Of a stretch of DNA of 64,000 bases, positions 19,470 through 28,286 are shown piece by piece. Source of the stretch: Desulfatiglandales bacterium (lineage in GTDB: Bacteria; Desulfobacterota; DSM-4660; Desulfatiglandales; Desulfatiglandaceae); NCBI GenBank assembly GCA_963662465.1, contig OY759599.1, forward strand, positions 2,304,001-2,368,000, given 5' to 3'. The translations under genes and the position numbers were made by a program. The notes below the pieces were generated by a model. The model was given only the letters and a program-made list of their open reading frames with translations, searched no databases and was not told the DNA's origin. Numbering within the stretch: position 1 is the stretch's first letter; every line of letters begins with the position of its first letter.

Positions 19470-22015
19470 ATCAGAATTTTTTCTAATTTTTCCGAGAGTT
19501 GTTTCATATTGAATGGCTTTTGGATAAACGCATCGCAACCACGGTTCATGATGTCGCCGGCATGACCATTCATGGTATATCCGCTTGCCAGGATGACCTT
19601 AACGCCTGGATTAATGGCTTTCAACCGGTCGAACGTATCCCCGCCGCTCATATCCGGCATGATCATATCCAGTATCACAGCATCAATCCGATCTTTTTTC
19701 CTTTCGTACAATCGGATCGCTTCTTTCCCCCCTTTGGCCGTAAAAACCTGGTAGCCAAGCGCCTTCAAAAGCGCTTCCGCCGTTTCAATGATCATCGGTT
19801 CATCATCCACAAGCAGCAGGGTCTCGGCGCCACGCCTGATATCCTTATGACCCCCTGGTTTCGGGGCAACAACATCCGATTCCGATGCGGGCAGATAAAT
19901 GGTAAACGTGGCGCCTTCGCCTTTTTCGCTGTATACATTGATAAAACCGCCATGATTCTTGATGATGCCGTAAACGGACGCCAACCCCAGACCCGTTCCT
20001 CTACCCATCTCCTTGGTTGTGAAAAACGGATCAAAAATTCTCATTTGAGTCGTCTTATCCATTCCAATGCCCGTGTCCGTAATGGATATCTTAACGTATT
20101 TGCCCGGAACAACCGAAAACGGTTTAAGGTATTCTTCATCAAGGACCACATTGTCGGTTTCAAGAAACAGGGTCCCCCCCCCGGGCATGGCCTGCCAGGC
20201 ATTGATGAAAAGATTCATCAAAACCTGATTGATCTGGCCCCGATCCACGTCCACAGTCCATATATCGGCGTGGTATTTGGGACGGATTGTGATCTCCTTG
20301 CGGGTCCTTCCAAACATCTTGGCGGTTTTTCCCACCAGGTCGTTAATGTCGGAAGGCTTCACCTCATATTTTCCTCCCCGGGCGAAACCCAACAATTGCC
20401 GCGTCAGGGTCACGGCATTCTGAATATAATCCTCGATGCCCTTAAGGTGTTCAAAATCAGGATAGGACGCGTCTTTATCCATTAGCATCAGGGAAACGCG
20501 GCCCTGAATGCCCATGAGCAGATTGTTAAAATCGTGGGCGATTCCACCGGCCAGGGTTCCCATGGATTCCATTTTCCGAGCCTGTTGGAGCTGCTTTTCA
20601 AGCCTGGCCTTTTCAGCCACGGTTCGCTTCATCCGGGTTATATCCTTGACCACCGCCACCAGACAATCCTCATTTGCGTATCCTAAATGCCGTGCCGCCA
20701 GAAGCGTATCTCTGATGATCCCGCCCTTCGAACGATATTGGATTTCAAAACCCTTCACCTCCCCTTCCTCTGCCAGTTTTCGCTCAAAAGCATCCCTGTC
20801 CTCTAATCTGATAATCAGATTCAGATCAGAAGGCGTCTTGCCGATCACCTCATCTCTTGCATAACCACTCATCTCGATGAATCCGTCGTTTACCTCAATA
20901 AACCGACCGTCTTTCCTTCGGGTGATGGTAATGGCATCGGGAGAACTCTGAAATGTCGTTCGATATTTCTCTTCACTCTCACGGAGGGCCTCTTCCGCTC
21001 GTTTCTTTTCCGTGACGTCCTCTATCGCCACAACCGACCCGGCGGAAGGATCCAACGGAGCAATATGTGCGGCCCTCAACACGATGTCGCGAACAGACCC
21101 ATCCTTACGAATATGACGCGTTTCAGCATAGGCGACCCCCTTATGGCGCAAATGGGTATAAAGTTCGACACCGATACGAGTATTTTCATCTTCATTTTCA
21201 TAGAGCATACGGGGCGTCTCACCCAGCAGATCATCTTCACCATAACCCACAATCTTGCAAAAAGATTCATTAACATCAACAAACTTGCGATCTTTAACAA
21301 TAGAAAGTCCCACCGGCGTCGCCCGGAAGGTACTCTTCAACATTGATTCACTCTCCTTCAACGCCTGATCGGAGCAATGGTGTTCTTCAATCTCTCGTTT
21401 AAGTAATGCCGTAACATCCTTTTGTCTGCGTGTGGTACGTTCAAGCCCTCTGAGCATTACGGCGACGGAAATCGCAGCGGCAATGTTCAGCATGATGAAA
21501 TTGGCAAGTGCGGCAAAAGCCCTTTCCGGACTGCTGAAAAATTGAAACCGGCCTCCGAAAACGCCATTGTTAATGGCATACCAGAACGCACTTAACGTTA
21601 CAACGTTAACAAAGATGGCAACACATGCCGTTCTAAAACCCAGCAGCAAACCTGCCAGAACCGAGAACGCAAATAGCCAGGCGGGAGTACCGCTGACGAT
21701 CCCAACATTTGTCAAAATGCTCAGGCTGACGGCATAAATAATCAACAACGTGCCGCCCGCCCGGAATCTATAGCTCAATTTACAGCTGAACAGAAGATAC
21801 AACAAAACCGCATATACGAAAAGATTAGCACCTGCCAACAACCACAGATTTTCCTTAACAATCAAAACGGTTGCGGGCAGAACCGCAACGGGAGAGAACA
21901 CAGCGCCGCAGGCCAGCATGGCAAACAGAATTCGCTCACGCCAGTAGGCCATGGCATCGTCTTCCTCATTCAAGGAAAGCCATAATTTCTCTTTTAAAAA
22001 CTTTTTCAAAACCAT
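19466..22015 (-). CDS. Membrane-anchored PAS-PAS hybrid histidine kinase with receiver
   Basis: N-terminal TM helices, two PAS domains, AHDFNNLL, HATPase, REC. Confidence 0.92.
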   Translation of the reverse strand: MVLKKFLKEKLWLSLNEEDDAMAYWRERILFAMLACGAVFSPVAVLPATVLIVKENLWLLAGANLFVYAVLLYLLFSCKLSYRFRAGGTLLIIYAVSLSILTNVGIVSGTPAWLFAFSVLAGLLLGFRTACVAIFVNVVTLSAFWYAINNGVFGGRFQFFSSPERAFAALANFIMLNIAAAISVAVMLRGLERTTRRQKDVTALLKREIEEHHCSDQALKESESMLKSTFRATPVGLSIVKDRKFVDVNESFCKIVGYGEDDLLGETPRMLYENEDENTRIGVELYTHLRHKGVAYAETRHIRKDGSVRDIVLRAAHIAPLDPSAGSVVAIEDVTEKKRAEEALRESEEKYRTTFQSSPDAITITRRKDGRFIEVNDGFIEMSGYARDEVIGKTPSDLNLIIRLEDRDAFERKLAEEGEVKGFEIQYRSKGGIIRDTLLAARHLGYANEDCLVAVVKDITRMKRTVAEKARLEKQLQQARKMESMGTLAGGIAHDFNNLLMGIQGRVSLMLMDKDASYPDFEHLKGIEDYIQNAVTLTRQLLGFARGGKYEVKPSDINDLVGKTAKMFGRTRKEITIRPKYHADIWTVDVDRGQINQVLMNLFINAWQAMPGGGTLFLETDNVVLDEEYLKPFSVVPGKYVKISITDTGIGMDKTTQMRIFDPFFTTKEMGRGTGLGLASVYGIIKNHGGFINVYSEKGEGATFTIYLPASESDVVAPKPGGHKDIRRGAETLLLVDDEPMIIETAEALLKALGYQVFTAKGGKEAIRLYERKKDRIDAVILDMIMPDMSGGDTFDRLKAINPGVKVILASGYTMNGHAGDIMNRGCDAFIQKPFNMKQLSEKLEKILI

Positions 22016-22257
22016 GAAAAAACACCATTTTGTCCAATAGGGAAATTTGGTTGTACAGGAGGAGACTGTTGATCAGCAGATTCTCCAGGGCGATGCCTTG
22101 AGCCTCAGCCGACTGAAGCACCAACGGTGTGCTTTCAAAAAAAAAAGGAGCGTCAATCGACTGCCCAAGTCATAGACTGAAGTAAGTTGTAAAACCTGAT
22201 TTGCGGTTTGTTGCTGTAATCGGAAGGCGAAATCCCGCTCTGTTTCAAGGGCCGAGA

Positions 22258-22605
22258 TCAAAAAGTGATCACGTCATAGCCCTCTTCAATATATTTGCTC
22301 ATACCGGGATGACCGGACACATCACCCAAAAGCGTCAACCCCTCAGCCACCACGGCATCCATCACCCCCATTTTATTAGAGCATGCCTTGCAAACTCCTT
22401 CAATGAGTCCCATATCACGAGTTTTTTGAAACAGTTTGAACATGGGGTTGTCCGCTTTACTCAACTCAGGCGCCAGTTTGGTGGCGGCGCCTTCGATGAC
22501 AATCTTGACGTCATACCCCCTCTCCGCCATGTCAAGGGCGTTGAGAAGCACGTGGACAAAACACATCATCTCCCCATTGAAAGCAAACAGCACTACTTTT
22601 TTCAT
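22258..22605 (-). CDS. DsrE-family protein
   Basis: CFVHVLLNALD, IEGAAT, CKACS, GHP, GYDVITF. Confidence 0.75.
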   Translation of the reverse strand: MKKVVLFAFNGEMMCFVHVLLNALDMAERGYDVKIVIEGAATKLAPELSKADNPMFKLFQKTRDMGLIEGVCKACSNKMGVMDAVVAEGLTLLGDVSGHPGMSKYIEEGYDVITF

Positions 22606-23585
22606 TGAGAACCTCCGTGACCCTCTCTTGAAACAAAATCCCTGACCCGCTCCTCCACCTCATCCCGAATATTCCGCATAAAATCCAATGATTTTCCTGA
22701 AGGATCCGGCAAATCCCATTGTGCCGCGGCGGCGCCTGGAAAACTAGGGCACACCTCTTCGCAACCCATGGACACGACCACGTCCGGCTGCAGGCCGGCG
22801 GGCAAATCCGATACGGCACAGGGCTTCAGGTAAGCCATGTCAATCCCCTTTTCCGCCATCACCGTCTCCATCATGGGATTGATTTCCCCGGCAGGATTAC
22901 TCCCCGCACTTTCAACTTCAAACCGATCTCCGGCCATTTGACGGGCAAAGGCCGCCGCTATCTGACTTCGGCAGGCATTTTCCCTGCAAACAAAAAGAAC
23001 CTTCTTACGGTTCAAAAGAGGCGTCACCAATTCCCGGGCCTTGCCCACAGCCTCTGCCAGGGCCGTAGGATGCGCTTTGATATCGCCCGCTTTTTCCAAC
23101 TGTCGATACCCAAGGGTTCCCTCAAAGCTCGCGCCTACGGCATCAAAAAAATATCTGGCCGTCAGATTGGTGCCGTCAAAAAGATTCTTCCCCTTGGTGG
23201 CGCCCACGGCCAATAGAAACCCCTGCCGCCACTTTCGGCCCGGATCCTCCAGTCCCAGCGAATACTTTCTCGACCACAGAGCCTGGGACCGATCAATAAA
23301 CGCTTTCATCTGTGCCGTCGGCCCATAAAAAAAGATGGGCGTGGCCAACACCACCAGATCCGCCTTTCGCAAAAGTGGATAAACGCCCTGCATATCATCA
23401 TCCAGGGGACAGTACCCCTTTTTCTCACAAGTGCCGCATTCCACACATGGCATAACTTTCATCTTGGCGACATCAAGAGAGCTAACGCGCCCTCCCAGTC
23501 TTTCCACCTCATCCAGAAACGCCGACAAAAGGATGCTGGTATTTCCCTTGGCGCGTGGGCTACCCTGTAAACCGAGGACAAACAT
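22602..23585 (-). CDS. Iron-sulfur flavoprotein (flavodoxin-fold) fused to LMW-PTP-type arsenate reductase domain
   Basis: GSPRAKGNT and CVECGTCEKKGYC (Isf); C-terminal VCRENACRSQ, SAGS, SMGCEEVCP, WDLPDP (ArsC/LMWP). Confidence 0.85.
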   Translation of the reverse strand: MFVLGLQGSPRAKGNTSILLSAFLDEVERLGGRVSSLDVAKMKVMPCVECGTCEKKGYCPLDDDMQGVYPLLRKADLVVLATPIFFYGPTAQMKAFIDRSQALWSRKYSLGLEDPGRKWRQGFLLAVGATKGKNLFDGTNLTARYFFDAVGASFEGTLGYRQLEKAGDIKAHPTALAEAVGKARELVTPLLNRKKVLFVCRENACRSQIAAAFARQMAGDRFEVESAGSNPAGEINPMMETVMAEKGIDMAYLKPCAVSDLPAGLQPDVVVSMGCEEVCPSFPGAAAAQWDLPDPSGKSLDFMRNIRDEVEERVRDFVSREGHGGSQ

Positions 23586-23626
23586 ATCAAGGTTCCTTTC
23601 CGGGCTAATGGTTCACTTTTCGCGTC

Positions 23627-23953
23627 TCAAAAAGAAGGGGGCCTACTCTCGGGAACATATCCGTGTTCAATTTTCCCCTCATTCCATTCCTTTGAAACAT
23701 ACAGGTTGCAATAGCAACTTCCATACTTTTTGACATCCGCTTCCCGGTAACGGCAGGGACAAATGATATCTTGATCCTTTTCCCGATCGCCGGAAGCCAG
23801 CCTGCAGGGACAGCACATGTAGCCGTAGCGGTTTTTATTATCAAGGAGTCCTTCAATCAAATCAAAAACCATTGCCTTGTTATGGCTGAAGTAAAACCCT
23901 TTCGGCTCCTGAGCCTTTTTTAAAAATGCATGGAGTTTTTCAACGTCATTCAT
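23627..23953 (-). CDS. Ferredoxin-thioredoxin reductase catalytic subunit
   Basis: CPCR, CPC, CYC motifs. Confidence 0.9.
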   Translation of the reverse strand: MNDVEKLHAFLKKAQEPKGFYFSHNKAMVFDLIEGLLDNKNRYGYMCCPCRLASGDREKDQDIICPCRYREADVKKYGSCYCNLYVSKEWNEGKIEHGYVPESRPPSF

Positions 23954-24201
23954 AACCCCAGGGCCTCCCTGATTTCATCTTCTTTATATCCGACAATAAC
24001 CTTGTCGCCGATAATGATGGTGGGAAACGAACAATTGGGATTCCATTTCTTAACATCTTCCAGTATGGCTTCCCTTTCATCACCGTGAAACAGGTCCACA
24101 TCTGTGAAATCATATTTTACCTGACATTCGTTCAACAGCTTTTTGGTTGCCTTGCAATGACCGCAAGTACTCAGCGTATAAACTTTTACCGAATCAGCCA
24201 T
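23950..24201 (-). CDS. Glutaredoxin/NrdH-like protein
   Basis: YTLSTCGHC, SFPTIII, VGY; strong GAGGAGGAG RBS before ATG 24201 (frame remains open upstream to 24429). Confidence 0.85.
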   Translation of the reverse strand: MADSVKVYTLSTCGHCKATKKLLNECQVKYDFTDVDLFHGDEREAILEDVKKWNPNCSFPTIIIGDKVIVGYKEDEIREALGL

Positions 24202-24441
24202 TCCGACCCTCTCCTCCTCGTTTCGTCTTTCCTTTTGCCATGCCAGATATTCTCCGTGGGTAAATGCCGCCCCTAACCCGGAAGACAAACCCCGATGTTC
24301 GCTTTTTCTGCAGACACGGCATCTGGTCTCGCCGCACATCTGACATTGCAAGCAATCGGGGCATCTTTTTTTATCCTGTAAACACTCATGAATCACGCGG
24401 GCATTCACCCCCCCAACATGAAAATACATCTACCGCTTTTA

Positions 24442-24476
24442 AGCTAATAGCTAATAGCTAACAGCTAACGGCTAAT
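24442..24476. repeat. Heptamer tandem repeat x5 (AGCTAAY)
   Basis: AGCTAAT AGCTAAT AGCTAAC AGCTAAC GGCTAAT at the 3' end of the ferritin-like gene. Confidence 0.85.
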
Positions 24477-24933
24477 CCCCTTGCTCCGCCATATAATCGT
24501 CATACAGGGTTTCAAGGGCAAGCTTATGTTTGGCTTCTTCCTGGCACAGCATCTTGAAAACATTTTTAAGGTCTTCGTTGTCCGCTTTTACCAACAGCTC
24601 ATTATACAGTGCCAGGGATTTTTCTTCCCGCTTCATGGCTAATCTGAGAAGATCCGCATAATCCATATCTTTTGGATCATCCATATCCACAAGATAGTCG
24701 CTCCGCTTTAAATCGGGGATCCATGTAAATTTATATTGCGCCAGGTCCTTTTTCTCTTTTCCCAAGTTATCCAGCAAGTCAAAATGTTTCTGTTCTTCCC
24801 CGGCAAACCCTTCCAAGGTTTCCCTGGCGCCGGAAAAAATAGCATTTTTTGCCAAATCAGAATAAAAATCAACAGCTTCTTTCTCTTTATCCTTGGCAAA
24901 CTGAATAATTTCCTCAAATGACGTAAAAGACAT
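24472..24933 (-). CDS. Ferritin-like (rubrerythrin-family) di-iron protein
   Basis: E...EEQKH / E...EEAKH motif pairs. Confidence 0.85.
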   Translation of the reverse strand: MSFTSFEEIIQFAKDKEKEAVDFYSDLAKNAIFSGARETLEGFAGEEQKHFDLLDNLGKEKKDLAQYKFTWIPDLKRSDYLVDMDDPKDMDYADLLRLAMKREEKSLALYNELLVKADNEDLKNVFKMLCQEEAKHKLALETLYDDYMAEQGD

Positions 24934-24962
24934 GCGTTTTCTCCAATTCCAAAAGATTAGGT

Positions 24963-25415
24963 TTAATTCAAAAGAGAATTCAAATGCGTTTCGATATCCC
25001 TTTTCGGGAGAGCGCCCACCAAGCTGTTAACAAGGTCTCCATTTTTGAATAGAAGCATGGTTGGAATGCTTCTGGTCGAATACCTGGAAGCGGTTTGTGG
25101 GTTTTCATCCACGTTCAGCTTGGCAATTTTAACTCGGCCCGCATATTCAGAGGCCAATTGTTCCATGACAGGCCCCACCGTACGACAGGGCCCACACCAT
25201 GGCGCCCAGCAATCCACCAGAACAGGGCCGGAAAAAGAGAGGACTTCAGCATGAAATGTCATGTCTGTAACGTCCACCGGCTTGTCGGTGACAATTCCCG
25301 TCGACAAAGGCGACTTGCATTTTCCGCATACCGGACTTTCCCTTAATCGACTTTTGGGAATCCGATTTTTGGCGCCGCATTGACGACATTTCACAATGAT
25401 GCTTTCTCCGCTCAT
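24963..25415 (-). CDS. trxC: Thioredoxin with N-terminal zinc finger (TrxC/Trx2-like)
   Basis: CRQC...CGKC zinc site plus WCGPC; GGAGG RBS before ATG 25415. Confidence 0.85.
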   Translation of the reverse strand: MSGESIIVKCRQCGAKNRIPKSRLRESPVCGKCKSPLSTGIVTDKPVDVTDMTFHAEVLSFSGPVLVDCWAPWCGPCRTVGPVMEQLASEYAGRVKIAKLNVDENPQTASRYSTRSIPTMLLFKNGDLVNSLVGALPKRDIETHLNSLLN

Positions 25416-25438
25416 TTTTCCTCCCTGTTCGCTCTTAC

Positions 25439-25597
25439 CTATTCCAGCTCGAACTGATCTTTTTCCGCACCGCAAACCGGGCAGGTCCAATCGCCGGGAA
25501 CATCAGCAAATGCAGTCCCGGCAGCCACGCCGTTATCGGGATCGCCTTCTTCAGGGTCATAAACATATCCACATACGGAACAAACATATTTCTCCAT
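25439..25597 (-). CDS. Rubredoxin (52 aa; absent from ORF track)
   Basis: Manual translation [61 protein letters not shown]. Confidence 0.95.
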   Translation of the reverse strand: MEKYVCSVCGYVYDPEEGDPDNGVAAGTAFADVPGDWTCPVCGAEKDQFELE

Positions 25598-25639
25598 CAA
25601 TTCTTCTCCTTATTATTTCCCATCGAGATTACATCTTAG

Positions 25640-26071
25640 TTAGAGCTTTTTGGCAACATCCTTGCCATAGCCCTGCGCCATTTCGGTTCCACCGCCCAAT
25701 AAAGCGGATTTAAGCATCAAAGGACCATTCACCATATCCATTTTGAAGATATTTTTCATAGTGTCAAAGATCCTTCCCGGGGCTTCCCCACTCCATCCAA
25801 AAGCGCCGAAAGAACCCCCTACTTTGCCTTCAAGACCGGTTTTTTCCGCTAGAAACAGCATGGTTTTCATACCCTGCATCATTTCACCGTGATAGGTTGC
25901 GGACCCGAAAACGTAGGCGTCATAGCCTTCCAAATCTTCAACCTTCTTCACCCCTGTAATATTGACGACGGATGCTTCCGAACCTTGAATTCGAATCCCT
26001 TCCGCGATCAATTCGGCAATTTTTTTTGTCTCGCCGGACCTGGTGGCATAAACAACAAGTGCTTTTCCCAT
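25640..26071 (-). CDS. Flavodoxin
   Basis: VVYATRSGET, GSATYHG, FGAFGWSGEA; GGAGG RBS. Confidence 0.9.
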   Translation of the reverse strand: MGKALVVYATRSGETKKIAELIAEGIRIQGSEASVVNITGVKKVEDLEGYDAYVFGSATYHGEMMQGMKTMLFLAEKTGLEGKVGGSFGAFGWSGEAPGRIFDTMKNIFKMDMVNGPLMLKSALLGGGTEMAQGYGKDVAKKL

Positions 26072-26169
26072 GAACAACCTCCTGTTTTATTCTTCTTCAA
26101 CCACGACTTTACCTTTGTGCTTCGTCCCACAAAGGGGACACAGGATATCAATTTCATTCTCAATGAGTT

Positions 26170-26322
26170 TTAAAGTCTCGGATCCTGACCGGTATTGCCG
26201 CAATCGGGAATATAGCACGTCGTATCGACAAATTCACATTTTTTGTCGCAGGACGGACATTTTTCCGGTGGCGTATCTGCTTTCACGGTATATCCACATT
26301 CCTTGCATTTCCAATCTCCCAT
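26170..26322 (-). CDS. Small rubredoxin-like zinc/iron-ribbon protein
   Basis: WKCKECGY...PPEKCPSC...CYIPDCG. Confidence 0.8.
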   Translation of the reverse strand: MGDWKCKECGYTVKADTPPEKCPSCDKKCEFVDTTCYIPDCGNTGQDPRL

Positions 26323-26401
26323 TGTAACACCCCCTTTTCCTTGATTTTTCAATTCAAATTGATTTTCCAAACAACCCAAAGCACCTTGATCTTCTTTAAC
26401 G

Positions 26402-26911
26402 CTACCCGCCCCATGGCATTTTAGAATAGGTATCGGTCAGTTTATCACGGAATTCCTTGAAAAATTTCTCATGGGACTTTTCCCAGGAAGCCAGCATCTT
26501 CAAGGCCTTTGAAGGCGGACCCTCAACTTTTTCCGCCATTTTTTCATAGAACTCACTCAAATCCTTTTCAATCAACCAGGCCGTATTAAAAACGGTCACA
26601 TCGGGAATCATGGATTCATAAAGACATCTTTCCAAAAATTCCGATCGGCTTCGATCGTCAAAATAATTGGTCGGTTTCAAGACCTCTTTTTCCAGAGACG
26701 GCAGGTCCACATCCTGATCTAATCTTAATTTTTCCAGGATCGCTTCAATAAATACAATATGCCGCTTCTCCTCTTCAACAATCCGTTTGAACGCCGTTAC
26801 CGCGGCGCCGATATTCATCCGTTCCAGAGATGTCTCAAAAAAATTCATGCCGGTCTTTTCCTGAGCCAGTGCATACTCAAAAATTTTAATGAGATTTTGA
26901 TTACTATCCAT
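26402..26911 (-). CDS. Ferritin-like (rubrerythrin-family) protein
   Basis: QEKTG...EEEKRH / IEKD...WEKSH. Confidence 0.85.
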   Translation of the reverse strand: MDSNQNLIKIFEYALAQEKTGMNFFETSLERMNIGAAVTAFKRIVEEEKRHIVFIEAILEKLRLDQDVDLPSLEKEVLKPTNYFDDRSRSEFLERCLYESMIPDVTVFNTAWLIEKDLSEFYEKMAEKVEGPPSKALKMLASWEKSHEKFFKEFRDKLTDTYSKMPWGG

Positions 26912-27068
26912 ATATCTCCTCCCTTGAGCAGTTTTCCCGTGAAAAAGGCTTTCAGTCTCGATTTGTAGCGCACAGTATAAAATAATTAAAACCGTAGAGC
27001 AACCTGTTTACACACCTCGTTAATTGTTTAACCGGTTGGGCCTTGATCATCGTTTCTGCCATTTGCCA

Positions 27069-27160
27069 CCAGGGGTTGAAACCCCTGGCTATTATCAACC
27101 TACAGGACGGTAAAAGCCCCATCGGGGCGACAGACAATAGCCCTGCAATTTATTGCCGGG
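27069..27160. repeat. REP/REPIN-like palindrome cluster
   Basis: CCAGGGGTT-GA-AACCCCTGG; GCCCC-ATC-GGGGC; CCTGCAAT-TT-ATTGCCGG; GGCTATT/AATAGCC inverted pair. Confidence 0.65.
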
Positions 27161-27209
27161 TGGCCGAAACGATGATCAAGGCCACCGGTTGATGTCTAAA
27201 ACCGTCGGA

Positions 27210-28283
27210 TCACTCCTCAAAAAACCTCACATATTCACCATACCCCTCCGTAACCAGATCTTTTTCAGGAACAAACCGAAGGGCGGCGGAATTCATGCAA
27301 TACCGTTTCCCCGTGGGCGGCGGTCCATCCGAAAACACATGACCAAGGTGGGAATCAGCATGATGGCTTCTGACCTCGGTTCTTGTGGAAAACAGGCTTC
27401 GATCCTCCTTTAAAACAATATTTTCCGGCATCAGAGGGGTTGTAAAGCTGGGCCAACCCGTTTTTGAATCATACTTATCCAGGGAACTGAAAAGGGGTTC
27501 ACCCGACACCACATCAACATAGATTCCCCGTTCCTTGTGGTTCCAGTAGGGATTGTGAAATGGCGGTTCCGTGCCATTTTCCCGGGTTACTTCGTATTGA
27601 AGCGGGGTTAGCCTCTTTCTGAGTTCCGCCTCGGATTGTTTTTGGTATGCCGCAGTCTTTGATGTTGTTGGAATTTTTTCGGGTTTTCCCGTCCATATCC
27701 GCATTAAATACAGGTCCCGCCCGGAGCCGCTTCTGTATTGCCGGTATCCCATGGGGTTTTTTTTGTGATAATCCTGATGGTATTCTTCCGCTTCATAGAA
27801 TCCGGAGAAGGCCCTGATCTCGGTTACAATCGGTTTGTCATATGTTCCGGAATGATCCAGCGCTTCCCTGGACTTCAGCGCCGCCAGTTTTTGCGTTTCC
27901 GAATGATAAAAAATGGCCGTCCCATATTGGGAGCCCCGGTCAACGAACTGCCCCCCGGAATCCGTCGGATCGATCTGTCGCCAAAACAGATCCAGGATTT
28001 CAGAATAGGTCGTTTGGGACGGGTCAAAGACAATCTGAACCGCTTCCACATGACCGGTTTCACCTGACACCACATCGCCATAGGTCGGATTTTCCGTGTG
28101 CCCCCCCGCATACCCGGCTTTAACCGCCGATACCCCTTCCAGTTGTTCAAAGGGATGCACCATGCACCAGAAACAACCGCCGGCCAGGGTCGCCGTTTCA
28201 ACAGCGGCCCGTGCATCCGAAACAGGAGGGCTCACCATAAGCGCCGGCAACAGCGAAAATAAAAGCGTTCCTTTTCCAAGCAT
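27210..28283 (-). CDS. msrAB: Bifunctional peptide methionine sulfoxide reductase MsrA/MsrB with signal peptide
   Basis: GGCFWC (MsrA), GWPSF, HLGHVF, RYCMNS (MsrB). Confidence 0.95.
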   Translation of the reverse strand: MLGKGTLLFSLLPALMVSPPVSDARAAVETATLAGGCFWCMVHPFEQLEGVSAVKAGYAGGHTENPTYGDVVSGETGHVEAVQIVFDPSQTTYSEILDLFWRQIDPTDSGGQFVDRGSQYGTAIFYHSETQKLAALKSREALDHSGTYDKPIVTEIRAFSGFYEAEEYHQDYHKKNPMGYRQYRSGSGRDLYLMRIWTGKPEKIPTTSKTAAYQKQSEAELRKRLTPLQYEVTRENGTEPPFHNPYWNHKERGIYVDVVSGEPLFSSLDKYDSKTGWPSFTTPLMPENIVLKEDRSLFSTRTEVRSHHADSHLGHVFSDGPPPTGKRYCMNSAALRFVPEKDLVTEGYGEYVRFFEE

Positions 28284-28286
28284 TAT

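Noticed and set aside
19499..20485. Long + strand ORF (328 aa), and similar ORFs at 49113-50264, 53854-54768 and 55159-56031
   Set aside because: Antisense shadows of well-supported genes; no motifs or RBS.
22016..22257. Possible c-di-GMP riboswitch upstream of the kinase cluster
   Set aside because: Only scattered motif fragments; the paired elements could not be built.
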